NCBI GenBank assembly: GCA_947629165.1
Contig: CANRCR010000004.1
Span: 4,347-68,346, forward strand
Direction: 5' to 3'
Origin: an uncultured Bacilli bacterium
GTDB taxonomy: Bacteria > Bacillota_I > Bacilli_A > RF39 > UBA660
Length of the DNA stretch: 64,000 nt
Shown: positions 1 to 8,637 of the stretch, one piece after another
How positions within the stretch are numbered: position 1 is the stretch's first letter
Layout of the letters: each line of letters begins with the position of its first letter
Program-made: the position numbers and the translations under genes
Notes under the pieces: generated by a model
The model's database searches: none
The model's input: only the letters and a program-made list of their open reading frames with translations
Told to the model about the DNA's origin: nothing

Positions 1-582
1 AGAATCATCTACTGATTGATTTAATTTAATTGTCTTTCTAGCTAATCGATAAGAATCCGTAGAATTACATTCTAATATATCTCCTGCTATTTTAAAATTA
101 ATTCCAGTTAAAACGGGTCTTGATTCATCACTTGATGCTGCAAAAGAAGTTTGATTAATTATTTCTTTGAAAATGCGATTTTTGATAGAAAGTGGTTTTT
201 TGCTTTCTTCAAGACTAATATTTGGATATTCTGTCTTACTGATACCATTTAAATTAAATTCACTGTTATCGGTATAAATAACAATCTTTAAGTCATCTAC
301 TACTTCAATATTAATATATTCATCCGGTAATTTACGAACAATATCTAAAACGTAACGACCTTGAATAATAATACAACCTTCATTCTCAATTTCCATATTA
401 TCTTTTGATTCGATAAATGTTTGAATAGTAATATCATTATCCGAAGCAGTTAATGTAAGCCCTTTCTTAGTTAAATCAAATTTTATACCAGATAGAACTG
501 GAATAAGATTTTTAGTTGAAATAGCTTTTGAAACTTTATTTAATCCTTCAAGTAAAATTTCCTTTTTAATTTTTAATTTCAT
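1..582 (-). CDS. dnaN: DNA polymerase III beta subunit (sliding clamp), N-terminal part; gene runs off the window start
   Basis: Reverse-strand translation from ATG (complement of 580-582) reads MKLKIKKEILLEGLNKVSKAISTKNLIPVLSGIKFDLTKKGLTLTASDNDITIQTF..., a typical DnaN N-terminus. RBS GAAGGA upstream. Sits directly downstream of dnaA. Confidence 0.85.
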   Translation of the reverse strand, partial: MKLKIKKEILLEGLNKVSKAISTKNLIPVLSGIKFDLTKKGLTLTASDNDITIQTFIESKDNMEIENEGCIIIQGRYVLDIVRKLPDEYINIEVVDDLKIVIYTDNSEFNLNGISKTEYPNISLEESKKPLSIKNRIFKEIINQTSFAASSDESRPVLTGINFKIAGDILECNSTDSYRLARKTIKLNQSVDDS

Positions 583-684
583 ATATATTCCTTCTTTCTT
601 TTACTTTTTTATTATTTTTACAGTGGAAAAAGTTTATAACTCACTTTTTTCCTTTTATATCAATAAAATAAAGCTATTTTTATT

Positions 685-693
685 TGTGGATAA
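685..693 (+). promoter_or_regulatory. Perfect DnaA box TGTGGATAA in the dnaA-dnaN intergenic region
   Basis: Exact 9-mer match to the DnaA box consensus (complement TTATCCACA). AT-rich flank at about 601-625 could serve as an unwinding element. Confidence 0.6.
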
Positions 694-715
694 AATGTTG
701 AAACTGTGAAATAAA

Positions 716-2092
716 TTAATGAATATCTTTTTTTAACTTCTCAATCGTATTATATAATTCTTTATTTGTCTTCATTTCTCGATCAATCTTTTCACAGGAA
801 TGCATTACAGTAGAATGATCTTTCCCGCCGAACTCCATTCCAATTTTTGGAAAAGATTCATCGGTCATTTGTCGACATAAGTACATAGCAACCTGCCTAG
901 GGAAAGCTAAATTAGCACTTCTCTTCTTACTTTTCATATCCTCAGGAGAAATTCGAAAGAATTCAGCGACAATCTTTTGAATTTTTTGAATATCATTTTT
1001 CTCACTAACGCCTCGATTAATAAAGTCCTTTAATGCTTCAATAGCAAGGTCTAAAGTAATCTCGGATCCACCCATGATTGTGGAATATGCCAGCAATCGA
1101 TTCACTGATCCTTCTAATTGTCGTACGTCACTTCCCATATTGGAAGCAATATATTCAATAACATCTTCTGGAATATTCTTTTCAATCGCTCCACCAAGTA
1201 TTTTCTTTCGTAAAATCGCGACTCTTAATTCAAAATCCGGTGGGAAGATATCTACAGTTAAACCCCAACAAAATCTGGTTCTTAAACGATCTTCCAATAA
1301 TTTTAAATCATCCGGTGATCGGTCAGATGAAATAATAATTTGTTTATTATCACTATATAAAGTATTGAAAGTGTGGAAAAATTCTTGTTGTGACTTCGCC
1401 GCTGTGCCTAAAAACTGAATATCATCAATGATTAATACATCAACACTTCGATATTTATTTTTAAAATATTCGATGTAATCAAAGTTGGTACCCATATCAT
1501 CTTTTTTATTAATACCGAGAAAATCACTAATAAATTGTTCACTTGTAACATATAAAACACGTTTGTTAGAGTTTTGCACAATATAATTTCCAATCGCATG
1601 CATCAGATGTGTCTTCCCTAACCCACTATTTCCATAAATAAACAAAGGATTGTACATCTTACCAGGATTTTCCGCTACTGATAGCGCGGCGGCGTGTGCA
1701 AATTTATTACTATTTCCTACAATAAAATTATCAAAGGTATAATTAACATTTAAATTAGATTTAAGCGGATTATTAAAAGGAACCCCTACTTCCTCTACTT
1801 TATTTAAATCTTCTTTTCTTCGGTCAATTTCTTCTTTTTCTTCAATTTCATCTTGTAATAAAAATTCGATATCAAAATTAGAATTAGCTATTTTATTAAA
1901 TGTTTCAGTAATTAAATCCTTATAATTATCAGCTAAATGCTTTTTATGAATAGCTAACGGAACAATAATAGTGGCAGTTCCATCTTTGAGAGAATAAAGA
2001 TGAGTATCTTGAAACCAAGTCTCATAAGACAGTGAAGTAACTTCCTTTTTTATTTCATCTAAGAAATTGTCCCATAAGACTGTAACATTCAT
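716..2092 (-). CDS. dnaA: Chromosomal replication initiator protein DnaA
   Basis: Walker A GNSGLGKTHL, AAA+ core and C-terminal DnaA-box-binding domain (KRSANLAFPRQVAMYLCRQMT). The ORF track starts at a TTG (2122). The more likely start is ATG 2090-2092 (MNVTVLWDNFLDEIKK), which aligns with DnaA N-termini. Confidence 0.95.
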   Translation of the reverse strand: MNVTVLWDNFLDEIKKEVTSLSYETWFQDTHLYSLKDGTATIIVPLAIHKKHLADNYKDLITETFNKIANSNFDIEFLLQDEIEEKEEIDRRKEDLNKVEEVGVPFNNPLKSNLNVNYTFDNFIVGNSNKFAHAAALSVAENPGKMYNPLFIYGNSGLGKTHLMHAIGNYIVQNSNKRVLYVTSEQFISDFLGINKKDDMGTNFDYIEYFKNKYRSVDVLIIDDIQFLGTAAKSQQEFFHTFNTLYSDNKQIIISSDRSPDDLKLLEDRLRTRFCWGLTVDIFPPDFELRVAILRKKILGGAIEKNIPEDVIEYIASNMGSDVRQLEGSVNRLLAYSTIMGGSEITLDLAIEALKDFINRGVSEKNDIQKIQKIVAEFFRISPEDMKSKKRSANLAFPRQVAMYLCRQMTDESFPKIGMEFGGKDHSTVMHSCEKIDREMKTNKELYNTIEKLKKDIH

Positions 2093-2191
2093 AATATCAC
2101 ATCCCTTACCAAGTATTCTCAAAAATAAAATTCATGTTTTCTATTGTAACTGAATTTGTGCAAAAAAGGAAGAAAAAAATTAAAAAAATAT

Positions 2192-2323
2192 TCATCCACA
2201 ACCTATTCACAATTTATACACAAAGTTTTCCACTATTTATACTCTTATTATAAAAGGATTTTAGTTATTTTTCCACAGAATATGTAATTTTAACTATGCA
2301 CATATCGGATTTTCTTTTCCACA
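2192..2323 (+). promoter_or_regulatory. Cluster of DnaA boxes upstream of dnaA (oriC region)
   Basis: At least five same-orientation 9-mers within one mismatch of TTATCCACA: TCATCCACA 2192-2200, TTATACACA 2214-2222, TTTTCCACA 2269-2277 and 2315-2323, plus weaker ones. Lies between rpmH and dnaA as in B. subtilis oriC. Confidence 0.7.
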
Positions 2324-2362
2324 AACTTGTGCAAAATGTGAAAAAGAAAAATTTAAAAGAGG

Positions 2363-2392
2363 TTGACAAAACTTTCTTTTTCTTATTATAAT
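2363..2392 (+). promoter_or_regulatory. Sigma-A type promoter of rpmH (TTGACA, 18-nt spacer, TATAAT)
   Basis: TTGACA at 2363-2368 and TATAAT at 2387-2392. Confidence 0.55.
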
Positions 2393-2422
2393 AATGGAGA
2401 TTTATGTTTGGAGGTGGAAATA

Positions 2423-2545
2423 ATGAAAAGAACGTATCAACCAAATAATCGTAAAAAAGCAAAAAAACATGGTTTCTTTGCAAGAGTAAAAACGAATGTT
2501 ATTAAAAGTCGTAGAGCAAAAGGGCGTAAACAACTAGCAAAATAA
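2423..2545 (+). CDS. rpmH: 50S ribosomal protein L34
   Basis: [40 protein letters not shown] is the canonical L34. RBS GGAGGTG 7 nt upstream. The longer tracked ORF (from 2363) is a spurious N-terminal extension. Confidence 0.95.
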   Translation: MKRTYQPNNRKKAKKHGFFARVKTNVIKSRRAKGRKQLAK

Positions 2546-2546
2546 T

Positions 2547-2573
2547 ACCACTGATCCTTTCAGTGGTTTTTTT
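2547..2573 (+). terminator. Rho-independent terminator after rpmH
   Basis: Stem ACCACTGA, loop TCCTT, stem TCAGTGGT, followed by a T6 run. Confidence 0.7.
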
Positions 2574-2598
2574 ACTATTATAATAAGGAAGTGATCCG

Positions 2599-2955
2599 AT
2601 GAAAAAATGTAATACAGTAAAGAATAATCGAGATTTTAATGATATCATTGGAAAAAATAACTATGTAAAAGATGCTAATTTAATGATATATTATAATAAT
2701 AAAGAAAAGGGATTTTATCGTTTTGGTATTTCTGTAGGAAAAAAATTAGGTAATGCGGTAGTTAGAAATTATAATAAAAGAAGAATAAGAAATATTATCG
2801 ATAAAAATAAAAATCTCTATTCAAATGAAACAGATTATATTATAATAGTAAGAAGAAATTGTTTAAGTCAAAGTTTTGAACAAATTAATGAAAGCTTTGT
2901 CCAATTAATGAATAGAATTAACCAAAAAGAAGGAGCAAAGAATGAAAAAAAATAG
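2599..2955 (+). CDS. rnpA: Ribonuclease P protein component
   Basis: Basic, about 118-aa protein directly after rpmH; conserved rpmH-rnpA-yidC synteny. Confidence 0.85.
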   Translation: MKKCNTVKNNRDFNDIIGKNNYVKDANLMIYYNNKEKGFYRFGISVGKKLGNAVVRNYNKRRIRNIIDKNKNLYSNETDYIIIVRRNCLSQSFEQINESFVQLMNRINQKEGAKNEKK

Positions 2956-3871
2956 TAAAAAGAAAATAATTATTATTTTGTTAGTGACATTATTATTGAC
3001 TGGTTGTACGCAAACATTAAAAGATCAAGAAAACAAAGTAGTTACCAATCCAGAAACTGGTCAAAGTTTAACGGGAAATATTTTATGTCAACCAACGGAT
3101 GAAACTACTAGGGAATTATATACAAACGCGGGTGTCGATTTAAACAAATATGTAGATTGTAGTAAATTTACCCCATTAACCGGCGGAGACGATGGTCTAT
3201 GGGAAATGATTTTCGTAAAACCATTGGCATTTGTTATTTTATGGGTTAGTCAATTCGTAAATAGTTCGGCTTTTTCCATAATTATTGTAACTTTATTAAT
3301 TCGTTTAGCCGTTTATCCTTTAACAAATAAAACAGCAATGCAATCCGAATTAATAAAGAAAGCGCAGCCTGAATTAAATAAGTTAGAAAAAAAATATGCT
3401 AATCGCAACGATCAAGAATCATTAATGAAAAAAAGTCAGGAAATGACGATGATTTATAAAAAATATAATATTAATCCACTTTCAGGATGTTTATTTGCAT
3501 TTATACAATTACCGCTATTCTTTGCTTTTTTAGAAGCAATTAATCGTTTACCAGTAATATTTGAAGAAGTATTCTTAAATATGCAAATGGGAACAACTCC
3601 ATGGAACGGTTTATTAAATCAACATAATTTTATCTATTTATTATTAGTATTACTAATTGGTGTTTCTACTTTTATCTCGATGAAAATGAATAGTACAAGT
3701 TCTACTTCCGATGAAGATCCAATGAAAAGTATGTCGACAATTATGACAGTAATGATTATAATAATGTCATTCTTTATGCCGGCAGCATTAGGAATTTATT
3801 GGTGCGCATCAAATGTATTTACGATAATCCAAAATTTGATTGTAAAAAGGAGTAAGAAGTTAAATGGATAA
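2942..3871 (+). CDS. yidC: Membrane protein insertase YidC/SpoIIIJ family (lipoprotein)
   Basis: Lipobox LLLTGC after an N-terminal hydrophobic stretch, multiple transmembrane segments, position after rnpA. Confidence 0.9.
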   Translation: MKKNSKKKIIIILLVTLLLTGCTQTLKDQENKVVTNPETGQSLTGNILCQPTDETTRELYTNAGVDLNKYVDCSKFTPLTGGDDGLWEMIFVKPLAFVILWVSQFVNSSAFSIIIVTLLIRLAVYPLTNKTAMQSELIKKAQPELNKLEKKYANRNDQESLMKKSQEMTMIYKKYNINPLSGCLFAFIQLPLFFAFLEAINRLPVIFEEVFLNMQMGTTPWNGLLNQHNFIYLLLVLLIGVSTFISMKMNSTSSTSDEDPMKSMSTIMTVMIIIMSFFMPAALGIYWCASNVFTIIQNLIVKRSKKLNG

Positions 3872-4481
3872 AAGAATTTTTTCAGGAAAAACAAAAGAAG
3901 AAGCAATTGAACAAGCATTAATTGAACTTCAAGAAGATCGCGAAAATATTTTTGTAAAAGAACTCGAAGAAACAAAAGGTGGCTTATTTAAAGCAAAAAA
4001 AGTAGAAATTGAAGTAGTAACTAAAGATGATATTATCGATTTCATTAAAGAATATCTTCAAAAATTAACACATGATATTGGAATTGGAATAAATCTTGAA
4101 GTAAAAAAGAGAGAAAATAATCTTTCTATTACGATTTTGTCGGACAATAATGCCTTGTTGATTGGTAAAAATGGAAGAACGATGGATGCTTTAAATACAA
4201 TATTGAGACAAGCTATCTATGCCAAATTCGGTTTCTATTATAAATTTGTTTTAGATGTTGGAGAATATAAAGAAAAACAACAACATAATTTAGAAAGATT
4301 AGCAAAACAACTTGCCCGAGAAGTTGCCAGAACGAAAGTAGAAGCAAAATTAGATCCAATGAATTCTTACGAAAGAAGAATTATTCATAATGCCTTAAAC
4401 GATTATAAAAAAGTATATACAGAAAGTGAAGGAACTGAACCAAATCGTTATGTTGTAATAAAACCAAAAGAGGAAGAATAA
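3864..4481 (+). CDS. khpB: Jag/KhpB RNA-binding protein (KH and R3H domains)
   Basis: C-terminal R3H-like region YERRIIHNALNDYKKVYTESEG; synteny after yidC. Confidence 0.85.
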   Translation: MDKRIFSGKTKEEAIEQALIELQEDRENIFVKELEETKGGLFKAKKVEIEVVTKDDIIDFIKEYLQKLTHDIGIGINLEVKKRENNLSITILSDNNALLIGKNGRTMDALNTILRQAIYAKFGFYYKFVLDVGEYKEKQQHNLERLAKQLAREVARTKVEAKLDPMNSYERRIIHNALNDYKKVYTESEGTEPNRYVVIKPKEEE

Positions 4482-4494
4482 TCCTCTTTTTTTA
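4469..4494 (+). terminator. Rho-independent terminator after jag (stop codon in loop)
   Basis: Stem AGAGGA, loop AGAATAA, stem TCCTCT, then T7. Confidence 0.6.
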
Positions 4495-4501
4495 TGAATT
4501 T

Positions 4502-4519
4502 TTATTTCCCGGGAAATAA
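4502..4519. repeat. Perfect 18-bp palindrome TTATTTCCCGGGAAATAA (copy 1, upstream of mnmE)
   Basis: Exact self-complementary 18-mer; an identical copy occurs at 5963-5980. Confidence 0.8.
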
Positions 4520-4600
4520 TTTTCATCTAATTTTATATAAAAAACAGAAAAAATATGTTATAATCAGTATCATTGTTTTGAAGAAAAAGGATGTGAGTTT

Positions 4601-5956
4601 ATGAATGATACTATAGCTGCTATTTCCACCGCTCTAGGAGTAGGTGCAATATCCATTATTCGAGTAAGTGGAAAAGAAGCAATTTCAATTGTTAATCAAT
4701 TATTTAAAGGAAAAGATTTAACTAAAGTAAACTCGCATACTATTCATTATGGTCACATTATTAATCAAGAAGAGATTATCGATGAAGTATTAGTATCTGT
4801 TATGAAAGCACCTAAAACATTTACTTGTGAAGATGTTGTTGAAATTAATTGTCATGGTGGAATTACTACTACTCATAAAATATTAGAATTGTTATTAAGA
4901 AATGGTGCTCGTTTAGCAGAACCAGGAGAATTTACTAAAAGAGCTTTTTTAAATGGTCGAATTGATTTAGTCAAAGCAGAATCAGTAATGGATTTAATTA
5001 ATGTGAAAAGTGAAGCAGCACGAAAACTTGCAATTCAAGGATTGGAAGGTCATGTTAGTAAAATAATTCGCGACTTACGACAAAAATTATTAGAAATAAT
5101 TGCTTCTATCGAAGTAAATATCGATTATCCAGAATATGAAGATATTGAGGTTATGACCAATGAAAAATTATTGCCAAAAATAAAAGATGTGAAGCAAGAT
5201 TTAAAACATATTATTGATGAGAGTGAATCTGGTCAAATTATAAAAGAAGGAATTAAAACGATTATTGTAGGACGTCCAAATGTTGGAAAAAGTAGTTTAT
5301 TAAATCGTTTAATTAATGAAAATAAAGCAATTGTAACGGAAATTGAAGGAACTACGAGAGATACGGTCGAAGGAACACTTATGTTAGATGGAATACAACT
5401 TCAGATTATTGATACTGCAGGAATTAGAGAAACAGACAATTTAGTAGAAAAAATTGGGGTAGATAAAAGTATTCAATTAATGGATGAAGCAGATTTAGTT
5501 TTGGTTGTATTAAATAACAATGAAGAATTAACTTCGAATGATTGGGAAATTCTTGATAAGACGAAAGATAAAACAACGATTATAGTAATCAATAAAAATG
5601 ATCTTCCATCGAAAATAGATCGTACTTTATTAAAAGATTATCCAATAGTAGAGATAAGTGTTACTGAAGATCAAGGAATTGATCAATTAAAAAATAAAAT
5701 TAAAGAAATGTTTAACTTATCGAAAATAAATCAAAAAGATTATAATTATCTATCGAATGTAAGACAAATATCGCTTGCTAAAAATGCCGATAAAGTTTTA
5801 AATGAAGTGATAGATGGAATTAATCAAAAAATGCCAATCGATATGGTGGAAATAGATTTAAAGAATGCTTGGGAAATATTAGGGGAAATAATTGGAGAAA
5901 CTTATACCGATGAATTATTAGACCAATTATTTAGTCAATTTTGTCTTGGGAAATAA
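4601..5956 (+). CDS. mnmE: tRNA modification GTPase MnmE
   Basis: G1 motif GRPNVGKSSL, DTAG motif, and C-terminal CxGK (CLGK) motif. Confidence 0.95.
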   Translation: MNDTIAAISTALGVGAISIIRVSGKEAISIVNQLFKGKDLTKVNSHTIHYGHIINQEEIIDEVLVSVMKAPKTFTCEDVVEINCHGGITTTHKILELLLRNGARLAEPGEFTKRAFLNGRIDLVKAESVMDLINVKSEAARKLAIQGLEGHVSKIIRDLRQKLLEIIASIEVNIDYPEYEDIEVMTNEKLLPKIKDVKQDLKHIIDESESGQIIKEGIKTIIVGRPNVGKSSLLNRLINENKAIVTEIEGTTRDTVEGTLMLDGIQLQIIDTAGIRETDNLVEKIGVDKSIQLMDEADLVLVVLNNNEELTSNDWEILDKTKDKTTIIVINKNDLPSKIDRTLLKDYPIVEISVTEDQGIDQLKNKIKEMFNLSKINQKDYNYLSNVRQISLAKNADKVLNEVIDGINQKMPIDMVEIDLKNAWEILGEIIGETYTDELLDQLFSQFCLGK

Positions 5957-5962
5957 TTAATT

Positions 5963-5980
5963 TTATTTCCCGGGAAATAA
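5963..5980. repeat. Perfect 18-bp palindrome TTATTTCCCGGGAAATAA (copy 2, downstream of mnmE)
   Basis: Identical to 4502-4519. The mnmE stop is embedded in GGGAAATAA, a third half-site copy at 5948-5956. Confidence 0.8.
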
Positions 5981-6006
5981 TTTTTAATTAGAGGAAGTGT
6001 TTTACT

Positions 6007-7866
6007 ATGGAATATGACATAATTGTTGTCGGAGGAGGACATGCTGGATGTGAAGCATCGTTAGCTTCGGCACGTTTGGGAAATAAAACATTATTGGTAA
6101 CTGGAAATATTAAAAATATTGCCGATATGCCTTGTAATCCATCGATTGGTGGTCCAGCGAAAGGAATAATTGTTCGTGAAATTGATGCGCTCGGTGGAGA
6201 AATGGGAAATAATATTGATCATAGCTTATTACAAATGAAAATGTTAAATACGAAAAAAGGTCCTGCCGTGCGAGCATTGAGAGCACAGGGGGATAAAGTA
6301 ACTTATCCGAAAGAAATGTTAAATACATTACAACATACTAAAAATCTAGAAATAAAAGAATCACTAGTAGAAAGATTAATTGTTGAAAACAAGAAAATTC
6401 GAGGAGTTATTTTAGAAGATGGTACAAAAATAGCATCAAAGATTGTTATTTTAACTACAGGAACCTATTTAAAAGGAATGGTTCTAGTAGGAAGTACGAA
6501 GACACCTAGTGGTCCTCATGGAGAAAGACCTTCTAAATTTCTTAGTGACCATTTAAGAGAATTAGGTTTTCAAATCCAACGTTTAAAAACCGGAACGCCA
6601 CCTCGTATTGAAAAAGATAGTATTGATTTCAGTAAAACGCAGCTAGAACCAGGCGATAATGAGCTATATACATTTTCTTTTGATAATGAACCAAATTACA
6701 CAGTAGAGGACCAAATTCCATGTCATTTAGTATATTCAAATGAAAAAACACATCAAATAATAAGAGATCATTTAAAAGAATCAAGTATGTATGGTGGTTA
6801 TGTCGAAGGAATTGGACCTCGTTACTGTCCATCTATCGAAGATAAAGTTGTACGCTTTGCTGATAAAGAAAGACATCAATTATTCCTAGAACCAGAAAGT
6901 ATTTACTACGATGATATTTATTTGCAAGGATTTTCGACAAGTATGCCTCATGAAGTCCAAGAACAAATGGTCCACAGTTTAGTTGGATTAGAACATGCTA
7001 AAATAAAAAAATATGCTTATGCTATCGAATACGATGCGATTGATCCAACTTGTTTAAAACAATCTTTAGAAACAAAGATAATTGAAAATTTATTTACTGC
7101 CGGTCAAATTAATGGAACTAGTGGTTATGAAGAAGCTGCCGGACAAGGTTTAATGGCAGGAATTAATGCCTCTTTAAAGTTGCAAGGAAAAGATCCTTTA
7201 ATTTTAAAAAGAAATGAGGCTTATATTGGAGTATTAATTGATGATTTAGTAACAAAAGGAACCAAAGAACCTTATCGTATGCTTACTTCCCGTGCAGAGT
7301 ATCGTCTTCTTTTACGCCATGATAATGCGGATTTACGACTTCGGGAATACGGTTATCAAGTCGGTTTAATTAGCAAAGAAAAGTATCAACGTTTTCAACA
7401 AAAAAAGAAAGATATCGACGAAGTAATAAAAAAATTGAAAGAGAATAAAATAACTCCTAAAAAAGCGACGAACGATTATTTGGTAAGTATTGGATCCATT
7501 CCAATTTTAGATGGAATTACTTTGTATGATTTGTTAAAAAGACCAGAAATAAAAATGGAACACATAAAACACTTTTTAAATCTTGATTATAATAAAGAAG
7601 TATTAGAACAAGTAGAAATAATGATTCGATACGAAGGATACATTGTTAAAGCAAATCGTGAAGCTGAAAAAATGCTTACGCTCGAAAATATAAAGATTCC
7701 AGTTGATATCGATTATCACGAAATAAAAAATCTTGCTCACGAAGCACTTCAAAAATTAGAAGAAATAAGACCTACTTCCATTGGTCAGGCCGCTCGTATA
7801 AGTGGTGTTAATCCCGCAGATATTGCTATTTTAAGTGTATATCTAAAAAAACAGGAGCAAAAATAA
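6007..7866 (+). CDS. mnmG: tRNA uridine 5-carboxymethylaminomethyl modification enzyme MnmG (GidA)
   Basis: FAD-binding N-terminus VVGGGHAGCEA and conserved GidA core; synteny with mnmE. Confidence 0.95.
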   Translation: MEYDIIVVGGGHAGCEASLASARLGNKTLLVTGNIKNIADMPCNPSIGGPAKGIIVREIDALGGEMGNNIDHSLLQMKMLNTKKGPAVRALRAQGDKVTYPKEMLNTLQHTKNLEIKESLVERLIVENKKIRGVILEDGTKIASKIVILTTGTYLKGMVLVGSTKTPSGPHGERPSKFLSDHLRELGFQIQRLKTGTPPRIEKDSIDFSKTQLEPGDNELYTFSFDNEPNYTVEDQIPCHLVYSNEKTHQIIRDHLKESSMYGGYVEGIGPRYCPSIEDKVVRFADKERHQLFLEPESIYYDDIYLQGFSTSMPHEVQEQMVHSLVGLEHAKIKKYAYAIEYDAIDPTCLKQSLETKIIENLFTAGQINGTSGYEEAAGQGLMAGINASLKLQGKDPLILKRNEAYIGVLIDDLVTKGTKEPYRMLTSRAEYRLLLRHDNADLRLREYGYQVGLISKEKYQRFQQKKKDIDEVIKKLKENKITPKKATNDYLVSIGSIPILDGITLYDLLKRPEIKMEHIKHFLNLDYNKEVLEQVEIMIRYEGYIVKANREAEKMLTLENIKIPVDIDYHEIKNLAHEALQKLEEIRPTSIGQAARISGVNPADIAILSVYLKKQEQK

Positions 7867-7867
7867 T

Positions 7868-8572
7868 ATGAATAAAGAACAATTTGAAGAAGCAATTACT
7901 TCATTAAATATTAAACTGACCGAACAACAAAAAGAACAACTAGAAAAATACTATGAATTATTAATAGAATGGAATCAAAAATTTAATTTAACGCGTATTA
8001 CTGAAAAAAGTGAAGTTTATTTAAAACATTTTTATGATAGCCTTACTTTAAATAAAGCTATTGATTTTAATACAATTGAAACAGTTTGTGATATCGGAAC
8101 GGGTGCGGGATTTCCAGGATTGGTTTTAAAAATTGTTTTTCCTCACTTAAAAGTAACATTAGTCGATTCCCTTCAAAAAAGAATAAATTTTTTAGATGAA
8201 ATAATTCGTATACTTGGGTTAAAAGAAGTATACACGGTACATAGTCGAGGTGAAGATTATGCAAGAATCCATCGTGAAGAATATGATCTTGTTACATCTC
8301 GTGCGGTAGCGGAATTAAGAATTATAAGTGAAATTTGTATTCCTTTAGTTAAAGAAAAAGGTTATTTTATCCCAATGAAAGCGAATATTAACGAAGAATT
8401 AGAGCAAGCTTCGTCCACTTTAAATAAACTAAATGCTACAGTTGAACAAGTAATTACTTTTTATCTTCCAAAAGAAAATAGTATACGAAATTTAGTAAAA
8501 ATAAAAAAAGAATCAAAAACAGATAAAAAGTATCCGCGTTCGGTGGATAAAATTAAAAAAATAGCATTGTAA
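7868..8572 (+). CDS. rsmG: 16S rRNA (guanine527-N7)-methyltransferase RsmG (GidB)
   Basis: SAM motif DIGTGAGFPG; position after mnmG. Confidence 0.9.
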   Translation: MNKEQFEEAITSLNIKLTEQQKEQLEKYYELLIEWNQKFNLTRITEKSEVYLKHFYDSLTLNKAIDFNTIETVCDIGTGAGFPGLVLKIVFPHLKVTLVDSLQKRINFLDEIIRILGLKEVYTVHSRGEDYARIHREEYDLVTSRAVAELRIISEICIPLVKEKGYFIPMKANINEELEQASSTLNKLNATVEQVITFYLPKENSIRNLVKIKKESKTDKKYPRSVDKIKKIAL

Positions 8573-8637
8573 AATGATAAAAAATAAATTATAATAATAA
8601 TAGGGTATTAAAAAGAATAAAAAGTGAGGTATAAAGT

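Noticed and set aside
1074-1418. 114-aa plus-strand ORF inside dnaA
   Set aside because: Entirely antisense to the well-supported dnaA CDS, with no RBS; it is a typical shadow ORF in AT-rich sequence.
2265-2545. ORF-track versions of rpmH starting at 2363, and the minus-strand 72-aa ORF at 2265-2483
   Set aside because: The canonical L34 starts at MKRTYQP (2423) with a good RBS. The upstream extension runs through the promoter, and the antisense ORF lies in the oriC DnaA-box region.
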